DNA from: an uncultured Methylomirabilota bacterium | GTDB lineage: Bacteria > Methylomirabilota > Methylomirabilia > Methylomirabilales > 2-02-FULL-66-22 | Direction: 5' to 3' | Length of the DNA stretch: 64,000 nt | Assembly (NCBI GenBank): GCA_963842855.1 | Contig: CAWJHW010000004.1 | Location: 536,630-600,629 of the forward strand | Shown: in pieces, positions 19,840 through 29,229 of the stretch | How the letters are laid out: every line of letters starts with the position of its first letter | How positions within the stretch are numbered: position 1 is the first letter of the stretch | Program-made: the position numbers and the translations under genes | Notes under the pieces: generated by a model | The model's database searches: none | Seen by the model: only the letters and a program-made list of their open reading frames with translations | Told to the model about the DNA's origin: nothing

Positions 19840-20803
19840 TTAGGCTCCAGCAGCCCTAGACGACTCGGTCACGGCCAGGAAGGCACCGAACTCCGCATCG
19901 CTCGCCCACAGATCCGCGCCCTTCCCTAACACATCCTCCAGTCGCTGGATGGGACGAACGGACTGCTCGGACGCAAGCTGCTCCAGCGCCTTGTCGCGCC
20001 AGAATACCTCGGCATCAATCGTTTCGAAGGCTTCATCCTCCATCTGGACGAATTCAATGTCCCGTATCGTCAGGTTCAGCATCTTTCCGGTCAGCGGATC
20101 CTCCTGCGCCTCGCCTGTCACTCTGACGTACCGGCGCAAGTGTTCGTAAACGCTCTCAGCCAGCGACTCGTCAAACCGGCACGTGACGGGCTCACCAATC
20201 GCCGGATGGAGGCGGCATCGCTCACCGTCATGCCGGAAGTCCGCCATCAGGAGTCGCCCCTCTACGGTCCGCTGGTTCGAGATCGGACTGCGGAGAAGGT
20301 CAAGCACACGCTGGTGCACGTCCGGATTGAATGAGAATGCCCGCCGAAGCCGTTGCGTCCGCGACTCCGCCTCGATCTCATCAATTCCGTCGCCGAGCAT
20401 CTCCCCGATGTCGCGAAGGCTATGAAGAACGCCCGCGTCGTAACCAGGCGGTAACGCCTTCGCATCCAGTCTGATCCCTTCGATCCCTTCGAGCAGGTGT
20501 TCCACTGAGGTCACGCCTAGGTCCATGGTTTCGAATTTCGCTCGCGGAAGGTCCAAGGCGATTTCGAAACTCCCGCGGTTCAAGGCAACAACTTCCAGAC
20601 CGCACTCCTGCAGGATCTTCGTGAGGCTTTCGCCCGGGGCGACGACTATCCGTTTGCCCCACCAGAACACGCCCAACCCGCTCCACGGCGGTTTGGATAT
20701 GCCTGCCGAGCCGCAAGAGGGTACTGAGGCGTAACCGGCCCCCTTGTGTGGCTGGGCCCTTCACGCGGAGGACCAAAATTGGTTCAGGCTGCGACGAACT
20801 CAT
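19840..20803 (-). pseudogene. Putative cognate antitoxin-like protein of the PIN toxin (about 320 aa, frameshift near 20640-20680)
   Basis: ORF 20420..20803 starts plausibly (MSSSQPEPILVLRVKGPATQGGRLRLSTLLRLGRHIQTAVERVGRVL). ORF 19840..20676 continues (...APGESLTKILQECGLEVVALNRGSFEIALDL...). The stop abuts the PIN start. No family recognised. Confidence 0.45.
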
Positions 20804-20814
20804 TGCTTCACTCC

Positions 20815-23800
20815 CTATCTTGGAACCACAAGTAGCATAGCATCAAGCAGCCGTTTTTCCTCGCTTTCTTTAGGATACAGGGCCGAGAGGGCATTTGCCA
20901 GGCGCAGGAAGTCCGGGCCGCGCTGTTGCTCGGCCTCCAGAAGCGCACGGAGCGCATTGGTCCGCCCGCCCGCTTGCAGGAGCATGGCTGCGTGGACTCG
21001 ATCCAGGGTTGTGGCTTCCCGGCGTGTCCTCAGAGCTTCGTCGCCAACCGTGGCCCCGGCCTTCTTCCGGCCACGTTCCCGACCTTTGATCTCGGGCTCG
21101 ACACCGGATTCACCGAACAGCTTGAGCTGTACCTGGCCGGTTGGGGTCTGCTCGATCCGGTCCGCGACGGCTGAGGCACCCTCCTCGCCGAAGAGTTGCC
21201 TGGAGCGTTCAGCGATCGGGAGGAGGCGAACGACACCCTTCGTCGTCTCGATGATCCGCCCTTCCCACTCGGGCAGGTGAATGCCAAGGGGCTGTGCAAA
21301 GCGGCGGACCACGTCGAAGATGAGGCTGAAGCCCGGCTTCTTTCTTCGGGATGCCTTCTCTTCTTCATCTTCATCTTCCTCAGATTCTTCTCCGGATTCC
21401 TCGGCGCCCTCGTTCGCCTGCGCACCGTTCGTACTTTGAAGAGTCCAGAGGAAGAGTGCAGTCAGCCGTGCGTCTTCTTCCAGGGCACCCGCGGCGCTGT
21501 TGCGGGCCTTTGCTTCAGCCGTCCCAAGGACATGCTCCAGTGCCGTCCGGCCGACGATCTCCCAGACATAGGCCAAGAAGCCGCGCTTGTGTGGTTCGGT
21601 TGCCTCAGGGTCTCCACCCAGCGGGATCTCTCGTTCCTCAGCATCTACGACCTTTGAGTACCGACTGTAAATCTCTAGTGCAGGGCCGATGCAGGCGAAA
21701 ACGAGGTCGGCGCCGCGCACGCCCTCGGACTGCAATCGCTGCATCCACTCGCCCACGCGCCAAGGAAGCTCCCGTAGTACCTGACCCCAGTCGCCAACTG
21801 GCGCCCCCTGAGGGCGGGGGCGGCAAATGAGGTGTACACTGGCGGCGAGGGCCGCGGAGTCGCGGGCCCGGAGCCGATTCGGACGTTCAGTGGAGATTGG
21901 CCATGAGGCCGTAATCATCCAGCCCCCTCGAATCATCCCGGTCAAGAGCGCCTCCCACCCCTCGGTTGTCTTGTGGGCAAATACGACGGAGCCAACCCCA
22001 TCATCACGGAGGATCTGCGCCCCTTTCGCGAACGCTCGTGCCATCACTTCTTCGAAGAAGACACGGTCTTTAGGACGACCCTCAAAGCTCTTCGTCTCGT
22101 CCTGAACCGCCTCATGGTCCTTCGGCGTGAGCGGGTTTGCAGTGTCGAAGGGGTCGCGAAACAGGGGGTGGTCGGGAAGGGTTCGCTTCAGCCAGACGAA
22201 GAAGAAGTCGGAAAGATCGGCATATGGAACGGCATCGTAGTACGGAGGGTCAGTAAACCAGATGGCGCCTGCGTCAGCAGGGAGTGGGTGATCTGCGGCG
22301 TCGGCCATTATTACCTGACCGATCCTCCGATTCGTTGCTGCCCAATTTTCCACGGTCCCGGTTATCTGTTCAAAGATCCCGTCGAGGCCACCGCTCGCCT
22401 GCGCGAGCGGCACACCCTCCGCGAAATCCCACGTCATCGGAAGGGCCTGTCGCTTGAAGACGTGGTCAACTTTTTCCCCATTCGTATCCCAACCCACAAG
22501 ATTCGCGAGTCTGTCGGCAGTTCGAGATACGACGAAGGCCAGCAGAGACCTGATGGAATCCAATAGACCAGGGTTGTCCCTGATGAGCTGAGCAAGGACG
22601 CAAAGATTCAGTTTTTGTCGCGCCGTGAAGAGGTCGCCCCAATGGAGCATCCCGTACCGTTGCACACGAAAGCCGAGCGTGCCGATCGGCGGGAGCGGCT
22701 CATCCGGCACGGGGCTGAGGCCGTTCGGCAGCTTCTCGCCGGCCAGTTTCTCCAGTCGTTTCTGCGCGTTCCAGACGGCCTCGTAGTCGGGGGCTGTGGA
22801 CAGGCGGTAGTGCCGTCCCTGCTCGCCTGGCTTGAGTGTCACCACGGCCAGCAGCCGTGCCCCCCGGAGACGCCGTCCCTTCTTGTCGAAAATCACGTCC
22901 GCCCCGCCGCGCTGCTCGGCGAGCTGCGCCCGGACGCGTTCCGGCGGTAAGACCGCCCCGCAGCCAAGGCAGGTGGCCTTGGCGCGCGTCACCGTGCCCC
23001 CGGGGACTTCGTTCTCCGCTTTCGGCTCGAAGACCTCGAACTCCACGCGCGTCGGCTCGCCCCTGGGCCGCACGACCCTGTGTCGCAGCGCCAGCTTGCG
23101 CTTGGCCTTCTTGCAGAGCCAGAAGGAACGCGCGAGCGGGATCTCCGCACCGCAGTTCGGCGACTCGCACCGAACTGTTCTCGCCCAAAGGTAGGCGATA
23201 GGCCGCGACCCATCAGGATCGAGCGGGTAAAACTCGGCGAGTTCCTTGTCCGCAGCCTTCCTGACCTCCGCACCCACGCGCCGAAGTTCCTGTGCCAACT
23301 CCGGCCCATGCCGGGGAATGTCTTCGAGCATGACCTTGAGGATCAAACAGGCGACAGGATTGAGGTCGCTGGCTGACGTTTCGCAACCGAGGCGCAACGC
23401 TTCTAGCGGGATCGAGCCACCTCCCGCAAACGGGTCCACGACCAGTGGGGTCTCCTCCGGATAAGCGGTTTTCACCAGGCCCCGGGAAACCTCTAGGTAG
23501 TGCTGGTTGGCCGACAGATCCCAGTTGGCGAAATCGCCTATGAACTTGAGGAGAGCCTTCCGGAGATCCCCATCCCTCGGCCCGACTTCGCCCTGGACCC
23601 TCGGCAGCAACGTGCGCGCCCTCGTCTTGAAGTCCGTCGGGCAGTTAGAGTCGCATGGATCCGGCAGAAGCAACCCTAGCAGCATCGCCCGACACGCCGC
23701 TAGTGGCCGCCTCGCCCACCACTGGTGAAACGCCTGCGGGTGGCGACGTACGATCGGCTTCTCCCTCGCCGAGTGGATACCCACAACTGCAATCGGAAAA

Positions 23801-23838
23801 TCCACCTCCGCCAGCCGCTTGCAGTCCTGGGGGATCAC
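20815..23838 (-). CDS. DUF1156-type DNA methyltransferase (COG1743-like, N6-adenine/N4-cytosine class)
   Basis: N-terminal MIPQDCKRLAEVDFPIAVV...HQWWARRPLAACRAM (DUF1156 signature). AdoMet motif DPFAGGGSIPLEALRLG and catalytic FTDPPYYDAVPY. GTG start overlaps the upstream stop (GTGA). Confidence 0.85.
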   Translation of the reverse strand: MIPQDCKRLAEVDFPIAVVGIHSAREKPIVRRHPQAFHQWWARRPLAACRAMLLGLLLPDPCDSNCPTDFKTRARTLLPRVQGEVGPRDGDLRKALLKFIGDFANWDLSANQHYLEVSRGLVKTAYPEETPLVVDPFAGGGSIPLEALRLGCETSASDLNPVACLILKVMLEDIPRHGPELAQELRRVGAEVRKAADKELAEFYPLDPDGSRPIAYLWARTVRCESPNCGAEIPLARSFWLCKKAKRKLALRHRVVRPRGEPTRVEFEVFEPKAENEVPGGTVTRAKATCLGCGAVLPPERVRAQLAEQRGGADVIFDKKGRRLRGARLLAVVTLKPGEQGRHYRLSTAPDYEAVWNAQKRLEKLAGEKLPNGLSPVPDEPLPPIGTLGFRVQRYGMLHWGDLFTARQKLNLCVLAQLIRDNPGLLDSIRSLLAFVVSRTADRLANLVGWDTNGEKVDHVFKRQALPMTWDFAEGVPLAQASGGLDGIFEQITGTVENWAATNRRIGQVIMADAADHPLPADAGAIWFTDPPYYDAVPYADLSDFFFVWLKRTLPDHPLFRDPFDTANPLTPKDHEAVQDETKSFEGRPKDRVFFEEVMARAFAKGAQILRDDGVGSVVFAHKTTEGWEALLTGMIRGGWMITASWPISTERPNRLRARDSAALAASVHLICRPRPQGAPVGDWGQVLRELPWRVGEWMQRLQSEGVRGADLVFACIGPALEIYSRYSKVVDAEEREIPLGGDPEATEPHKRGFLAYVWEIVGRTALEHVLGTAEAKARNSAAGALEEDARLTALFLWTLQSTNGAQANEGAEESGEESEEDEDEEEKASRRKKPGFSLIFDVVRRFAQPLGIHLPEWEGRIIETTKGVVRLLPIAERSRQLFGEEGASAVADRIEQTPTGQVQLKLFGESGVEPEIKGRERGRKKAGATVGDEALRTRREATTLDRVHAAMLLQAGGRTNALRALLEAEQQRGPDFLRLANALSALYPKESEEKRLLDAMLLVVPR

Positions 23839-25073
23839 GCGGGCTTGTGCTCCTTCCAGAGGCGGACGATGAAGCGATCATCGTCTTCGATCAGGTCCGG
23901 CTCCGAGCCGTTGTGCGCCAGCATGCCCTGCACGATCTTGCGCGGGACGCCAAGGCCGGTGGCCTCGACGTAGCGGTAGTCTCGCAGCACTTCCTTGACG
24001 AGCTCGTTGCGTGACGCGCGGTAGCCCGCGCGCATCTTGTCCACGGTGACCGTGTTCGGGAGGCGGCCGGGGGAAATCACTTCCAGGCGGTCGGAGTAGA
24101 TCGCCAACTCGATGTCGGTGACCGTGATCGTGTAGTCGCGGTGGGCGATGGCGTTGACCACGGCCTCGCGGACCGCCTCCAGCGGATAGTCCCAGCGCTC
24201 TTGGCGCCTGCCCCCATCGTCGATCCAGGCCGCGATGGTGACGCTTCGCCGAACGAAGTCGAGCGCCTGGTCGATGATCCCCGTTTCGACGACGTCGCCC
24301 TCTTCGGAGAAGAGGGCCACCGCCGGGCCACGAATCACGGTCCTCTCCTTCGCTTCATAGTCCTTCGCCGTGCCCGAGTACGCGACGGCGGTGATGCCCG
24401 ATTGAGGCAGGTACTTGTTGGGCCGCGATCCTAACAGGAGCAGTCCTCCTGCACTCGGAATGGGGCGACCCCGATCCTCGACCATGAGCTCCGTGTTGAC
24501 CAGGAGACGAATCCAGCCTTCCTGATCGCCATCGTCCGGACATGCCTGCCGCCGAACATCGCGGAAGTAGTTGACCAGCCGCCGCCGGTCGAGATCGGCT
24601 ACCGACGAACCCGGAACTGGTTTGCGGTCGTACTGCAATCGGCCCGACTGCTGGTACAGGCGCATCTCCTCTTCGTCGGTCGCATCACGCGTGGTCGTTC
24701 CAACCCGGACCTGGGTCATCCAGGCCGAGGCTCGCTTGGCCTTGTAAGGCTTGTCGGGGCTATCCGCGGGGAGCGAGACGATGCCCAGGATCCTGCCAGG
24801 CTCCCACTCGAAGGTCTCCCAGTACGGAATCGCGGCCGGGCGAAGGTGAACGCGGGCGACCTCCATCACCCATTCTTCGGCCTTCTCGGGCGTGCGCGTT
24901 AGACCGGATACCGTGCGGTCCTTCTCTACCCCGAGGAGGATGTAGCCACCCTCGAGGTTGAGCAGTGCGGCCATCTCCTCGGCAAGCTTCTCCGGGCGAA
25001 TGTCGTCCCGCTTGAACTCAACCCCGGAGTTCTCGCCGTTGTGGATCAAGTCGGCCAGATCGGTTCGATTCAT
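23835..25073 (-). CDS. AlbA_2 (Schlafen-like) DNA-binding domain plus HATPase_c_4-type C-terminal domain protein
   Basis: DLIHNGENSGVEFKRD...NLEGGYILLGVEKD N-terminus and ...EAVVNAIAHRDY...IYSDRLEVISPGRLPN... C-terminus are typical of the 'putative DNA-binding / divergent AAA' proteins common in defence islands. Confidence 0.7.
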   Translation of the reverse strand: MNRTDLADLIHNGENSGVEFKRDDIRPEKLAEEMAALLNLEGGYILLGVEKDRTVSGLTRTPEKAEEWVMEVARVHLRPAAIPYWETFEWEPGRILGIVSLPADSPDKPYKAKRASAWMTQVRVGTTTRDATDEEEMRLYQQSGRLQYDRKPVPGSSVADLDRRRLVNYFRDVRRQACPDDGDQEGWIRLLVNTELMVEDRGRPIPSAGGLLLLGSRPNKYLPQSGITAVAYSGTAKDYEAKERTVIRGPAVALFSEEGDVVETGIIDQALDFVRRSVTIAAWIDDGGRRQERWDYPLEAVREAVVNAIAHRDYTITVTDIELAIYSDRLEVISPGRLPNTVTVDKMRAGYRASRNELVKEVLRDYRYVEATGLGVPRKIVQGMLAHNGSEPDLIEDDDRFIVRLWKEHKPA

Positions 25074-25084
25074 CTCGCCTTTCC

Positions 25085-27787
25085 TCAGAAGCCGTACTTC
25101 CGCCGCCGCATCTCGAAGGCTTCCTTGCCGCCCTCGAGGATCTCCTCCACCAGCTCGCGCACCGGGCGGGAGTCGATCGAGCCCATGTGCTCGTGCGCGA
25201 TGCGCGCATGCCCACGTTCGGCCTCGCCCGATGCACTGAGGCCGACGATCAGTTCGGCGTCACCGAGCACGGGGATATTCGCGTTGTGGGTCGAGAAGAC
25301 GAACTGCCGGCGCTGCTTCTCTTCGCGCATGCGCGGCACCACGCCCTCGGTGATGAAGCGGTTATCGAGGTCGTCCTCCGGCTGGTCCACGACGAGGGGC
25401 GCGTCGGACTCGAGAAGGAGGAGCAGAAGGACGGCCGTCGCCTTCTGGCCGGTCGAGAGGTCCTCGAGCGCCTGCCAGGCGGGCGGATCCCCGGCCGGCG
25501 CCGTGTTGAGCCGGATCGCCGTGGTCGGCGGCAAATCGAGCTCCTCGATGCGCATTAGCACCTCGGGCTCCGCCTTAGCGAGCCGCTCGGCCTGCGCCGG
25601 GGTGATGCTGTACGCCTTGTTCAGCGCGTCCGTGCCCGCCCGGCACGCCTCGACGAACTGGGTCAGTGATAGGGCTTGGACACGAGCGAGCGACTCGATG
25701 GCCTCGGACAGCCGCCCCCCGACCTCATCACGCAGCGTCCGGAACAGCGGCTCGCGGTCGCCGGCGGCCGTGACCTCGACCTGGACCTTGTCGCGCAGCT
25801 TCTGGTTGACCTTCTTCGCGGCGCGATCCAGGCGCCGGAATTCCTCGGCTTTGAGATCCTCCCACTCGGCGAGGAGTGCCCGGCGGCGGTCGGCGTGCTC
25901 CTTCTCAACGCGGCGCACGAGATTCTGGCGCTCGCGGAGCGGCCGGAGCTCCTCGATCTGGCGCCGCAGTCGGATGAACTCCTCGCCATCCACTCGCGAC
26001 TTCTGGAGCTCGCGGAGGATCCGCTCGTAAGCGGCCTGGACGTCCTTCTTACGCGTCTCCCATTCCGCGCGCACCGCAGCGACCCCTTGGTCCGCGCGCT
26101 GCAGGGCCTGCTCCAGGTCCTTCGCCACGCGTTCCAGATCGCGATCGAGCTGCGCGAAGACCTCATTGGCACGCGACAGGATCTCCTTCCCGGGCAGGTC
26201 CTCGAGCGCCTTGGCCGAGAGGAACGCGCGATCGATGGGGATCTCCCGCTTCAGGCTCTCCTGGCACTCGCGGAAGGGAGCGAGGCGCTCGGGAATGGAG
26301 GCGAGCACCCGCTCCTCGCGGACGAGCAGGCTTTGTTCACGGAGCCGCTCTTCGAGGCCCGCTTCGCGGAACCGTTGGAGTGTTTCCTCCAAGCCAGGGA
26401 GCGCGGCGAGACGTTCCTCGATCTGCCGTAGCTCGGCGCGCGTGTCCAAAAGGCTGCGCCGGTTCTTCTCCATGTCGCGTCGTAGAGCGGCCTTGCGTCG
26501 CGGCAGCGACTCGTCCCGCTCGACGAAGCGGTCAAGCAGGCGCGTGAGCTTCTCGCGGCTCTTGGTGAGCTCCGAGATCTCATGCTGCCCGTAGACCTCG
26601 ACGCGGGGGAGCACGTCCTGGGGCGAAAGGTTCGAGACCTCGCCTTGGTCATCGCGCACCAGGGGTGGGTTGGGGATGGTTCGCTCGATACGGTATTCGC
26701 GGACAGCCGGCCGATGCGCGCGTACAAGGAGGGAGATCTTCGTGCCGCTCTTCAGCACGTGCCGCACGATCCCTTCGTGCGTCTTGCGCGCCTCGTCACC
26801 GACTGCGTCGAGGGCCAGCACGGAACGAATACTCTCGACGACCGTCGATTTGCCGGTGCCGCGCCCGCCGACGAGGACATTGAGGTTAGGGTTGAAGTGA
26901 ACGGAGGCGCCGTCGAGGAATCCGCCCTCCCAAGCCAGTGCGACGAGCTCGGCATGCTCCTCGGGCTCGAGCTTGCCCTGTGTCGGATTCAGTCGAATGC
27001 GGGATCCCGGATCGAGAAAAGCCTGGCGCAAGCCTTCGATGCTGACCTCGGACATCTTGATCCAGCAGGTTGCTGAACGGTCTTCGAGATCTTCGGGTTT
27101 TACGATGTCGCCCGCATTGACTACGGCGACAGCGAGCCTATCCTCCGCGGCGTGGGCGCGGCGGTAATCGGCGTTCCTGTTTTCGACGATCTCACGCACA
27201 TCCTGCGGCAGGTCCTCGACCGGACCCGGAATCTGGATCGCGAGCAGGTCTTCACCCTGCCAGGCATTGATCCTCGCTTGACCGCTGACAACCTTGAAGA
27301 GGCCCTTGTCGGCGGTCACATGAGCCGCAATCGTGACGCCACCTTGCTCTCGGACGCAGCGTAGAATGTCGACGAAGCTCATGGTCGACAGGTCGGACGA
27401 GGGCTTCGTGCTGGTCACACCGAACACGCCGAGGAACCGCTCGAGCTGGTGCTGCTCGACGTCCTGCGGATAGATGCACAGGACGTGAACGCCTTCGCTC
27501 GACGACAGTTCGAATCCCGGAAACACGTGGATGCCGCGTTCGCCTGCCGCGTCCCGAAATGCGGGTACCCCGCTGACGTCGTTGTGGTCGGTGATGGCAA
27601 GCACAGAGACACGGATCTCGATGGCCTTGTCGACGATCGCCTGCGCATGCGCGCGGGCATCCCCGCCAGAGGGCTTTCCGCGAAACGTGCCGCCGTAGTG
27701 GTGCGGATTCACTTGCAGAGCGCACTGGTGGAAGACAGCGCCCGCAGGAAGTGTCCTGGCCTTGGCGATCGGATCGTTGGAGTTCAC
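25085..27787 (-). CDS. PHP-domain phosphoesterase fused to an SMC/RecF-like ABC ATPase with coiled coil (resembles the single-gene Ppl-type defence candidate)
   Basis: N-terminus ...CALQVNPHHY...VLAITDHNDVSG...HVFPGFEL (PHP motifs). Walker A VLVGGRGTGKST, a long coiled coil, signature LSTGQKATAVL and Walker B LVVDQPEDDLDN. Start taken at the second in-frame GTG (27787), 6 nt after GGAGG. GTG at 27793 (GTGA overlap with the upstream stop) is an alternative. Confidence 0.7.
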   Translation of the reverse strand: MNSNDPIAKARTLPAGAVFHQCALQVNPHHYGGTFRGKPSGGDARAHAQAIVDKAIEIRVSVLAITDHNDVSGVPAFRDAAGERGIHVFPGFELSSSEGVHVLCIYPQDVEQHQLERFLGVFGVTSTKPSSDLSTMSFVDILRCVREQGGVTIAAHVTADKGLFKVVSGQARINAWQGEDLLAIQIPGPVEDLPQDVREIVENRNADYRRAHAAEDRLAVAVVNAGDIVKPEDLEDRSATCWIKMSEVSIEGLRQAFLDPGSRIRLNPTQGKLEPEEHAELVALAWEGGFLDGASVHFNPNLNVLVGGRGTGKSTVVESIRSVLALDAVGDEARKTHEGIVRHVLKSGTKISLLVRAHRPAVREYRIERTIPNPPLVRDDQGEVSNLSPQDVLPRVEVYGQHEISELTKSREKLTRLLDRFVERDESLPRRKAALRRDMEKNRRSLLDTRAELRQIEERLAALPGLEETLQRFREAGLEERLREQSLLVREERVLASIPERLAPFRECQESLKREIPIDRAFLSAKALEDLPGKEILSRANEVFAQLDRDLERVAKDLEQALQRADQGVAAVRAEWETRKKDVQAAYERILRELQKSRVDGEEFIRLRRQIEELRPLRERQNLVRRVEKEHADRRRALLAEWEDLKAEEFRRLDRAAKKVNQKLRDKVQVEVTAAGDREPLFRTLRDEVGGRLSEAIESLARVQALSLTQFVEACRAGTDALNKAYSITPAQAERLAKAEPEVLMRIEELDLPPTTAIRLNTAPAGDPPAWQALEDLSTGQKATAVLLLLLLESDAPLVVDQPEDDLDNRFITEGVVPRMREEKQRRQFVFSTHNANIPVLGDAELIVGLSASGEAERGHARIAHEHMGSIDSRPVRELVEEILEGGKEAFEMRRRKYGF

Positions 27788-27789
27788 TT

Positions 27790-28170
27790 TCACCCTCCGT
27801 ACGGCGGCGTGTCCTCCCGCACCTGCATCGGCCTCGTCATCGCGTTCACCGAGAGGTAGTAGTGGGCGACCTTCGTCACCTCGTTCCAGTCGAGACGGGC
27901 AGGGTCGCGGATCGGCTCCTGGAGCCGCGGCGCAGTGTCGCAATCGGTGACGACGTAGAGCCAATAGCAGTCGCGCCGGTCCTCCGTCTCATGGTGCCTC
28001 TTCACATCTGACCACATCGCCCGGCAGGCGGCCAACAGTCCCTGCGCCCACCAGAGGTGGAGCGTGCTCGGGTGGCCGTGGCGGATAGACTTCTCCCTCG
28101 CCGCGTGTTTGCTCACCACGGCAATCGGAAAATCCACCTCCGCGAGTCGCTTGCAGTCCCTTGGGATCAT
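27790..28170 (-). pseudogene. Chimeric remnant: first ~54 codons of a DUF1156 methyltransferase fused to the last ~70 codons of a DUF3883 helicase
   Basis: MIPRDCKRLAEVDFPIAVVSKHAAREKSIRHGHPSTLHLWWAQ..LAACRAM matches the 20815..23838 N-terminus. It is followed directly by ...EDRRDCYWLYVVTDCDTAPRLQEPIRDPARLDWNEVTKVAHYYLSVNAMTRPMQVRED, which matches the 30276..33719 C-terminus (EDRRDCYWLYVVTDCDAQPGLHVNKDPANLPWHEVKKVDHYWLSVDAVRQPMRVREE). Confidence 0.7.
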
Positions 28171-28177
28171 CCTACCC

Positions 28178-28935
28178 TCATAGGGCTGTATACCCCTTTT
28201 CCTGCCAGGACTCGAACTTCTCCAGGACGTAGAATCCAAACGACCAAAGGATACTCAAGCAGATCCTCGCGGCGCTTTGAGTGGAGATCCCAGGGTGCGC
28301 GCCCTCGTCACTGAAGAAGCCGTATACACCGTCAATCAGCTTCTTTCGCTCGTCGTCGTCAAAGAAACCAGCCTTCTGGAGGTAGTCACGAACCTTGACC
28401 GGCTTACCCAGGTCAGGGGTTTCCGATCGCGCCTTGGAAGCCGTTAGTGCAATGTCGGAGAGTAGCTGCTCAACGAACTTGCGTGCCTGGCCGATTGATG
28501 CGTCCCATTTCGCCTGCCGGAATTCGTCTTCACTTTCCTTGAGGTGGTGGATCAGGACATCTGTTTTCAACGTGCCTGAATACTTCCCAAGAAGAACCTC
28601 GATTGCGCTCCTGTGCTCGGTCCCCATACTCTCATCTGGAACCACATGGTTACCATCGACAACGTATCCGTCCCGCACCAGCGCTGCGGTGAGCTCTTGG
28701 CGTGCTGGTTCACCAAGACGTTCAAGCCCAGCCCGGATGAGACGAAGGATGAGATCTGGTCTCCCCGTCGACTCCAGATCTCGAAACCCATTGAGGAGTC
28801 GCTCCTCCTTGGAGGAGCCAGTGAAGCATTCGGCGGGTACTTCATTCTCGTAGATCAAGAGATCAATAGTAGAGCCTCTCAAATCCTGTAATACCCGGAC
28901 CGCAGTACCACACGTCTTGCGGCTCAACACAGCCA
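28178..28935 (-). CDS. Hypothetical protein (alpha-helical; cargo gene in the helicase-methylase interval)
   Basis: ORF 28178..28996. Start chosen at the ATG at 28935 because the upstream codons are an out-of-frame read of a helicase 3' remnant. No family recognised, though the C-terminal ...GFFSDEGAHPG...AARICLSILW is vaguely Abi_C-like. Confidence 0.4.
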
Positions 28936-28951
28936 TCACAGCCCCCGTCAC

Positions 28952-29062
28952 GCTATGAGGGTTCTTCGCGGACCCGCATGGGATCCCGGACTGCATCCAC
29001 GCTGAGCCAGTAGTGGTCCACCTTCTTGACCTCGTGCCATGGGAAGCTTGGCCGGACCCTTA
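28952..29062 (-). pseudogene. Orphan remnant of the helicase 3' end (last ~30 codons, one indel)
   Basis: The minus-strand sequence reads ...KGPAKLP(indel)WHEVKKVDHYWLSVDAVRDPMRVREEPS*. This is near-identical to the C-terminus of the 30276..33719 product. DNA 28990-29045 aligns to 30335-30395. Confidence 0.65.
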
Positions 29063-29229
29063 CTTACCTTTCTCGTCAGTCTGAGCTTGCGCTCACCGAG
29101 CTCCCCCGATGCATGGCTGACTGTACGCTCTCCAATGCCCTCACATGGAGATACTACCTCGTTTCGCGGCCTGTGTGACTCTTACCCCCGGGCTCGGTAA
29201 GTTATTACCACATTCTTTACCACATTGCG

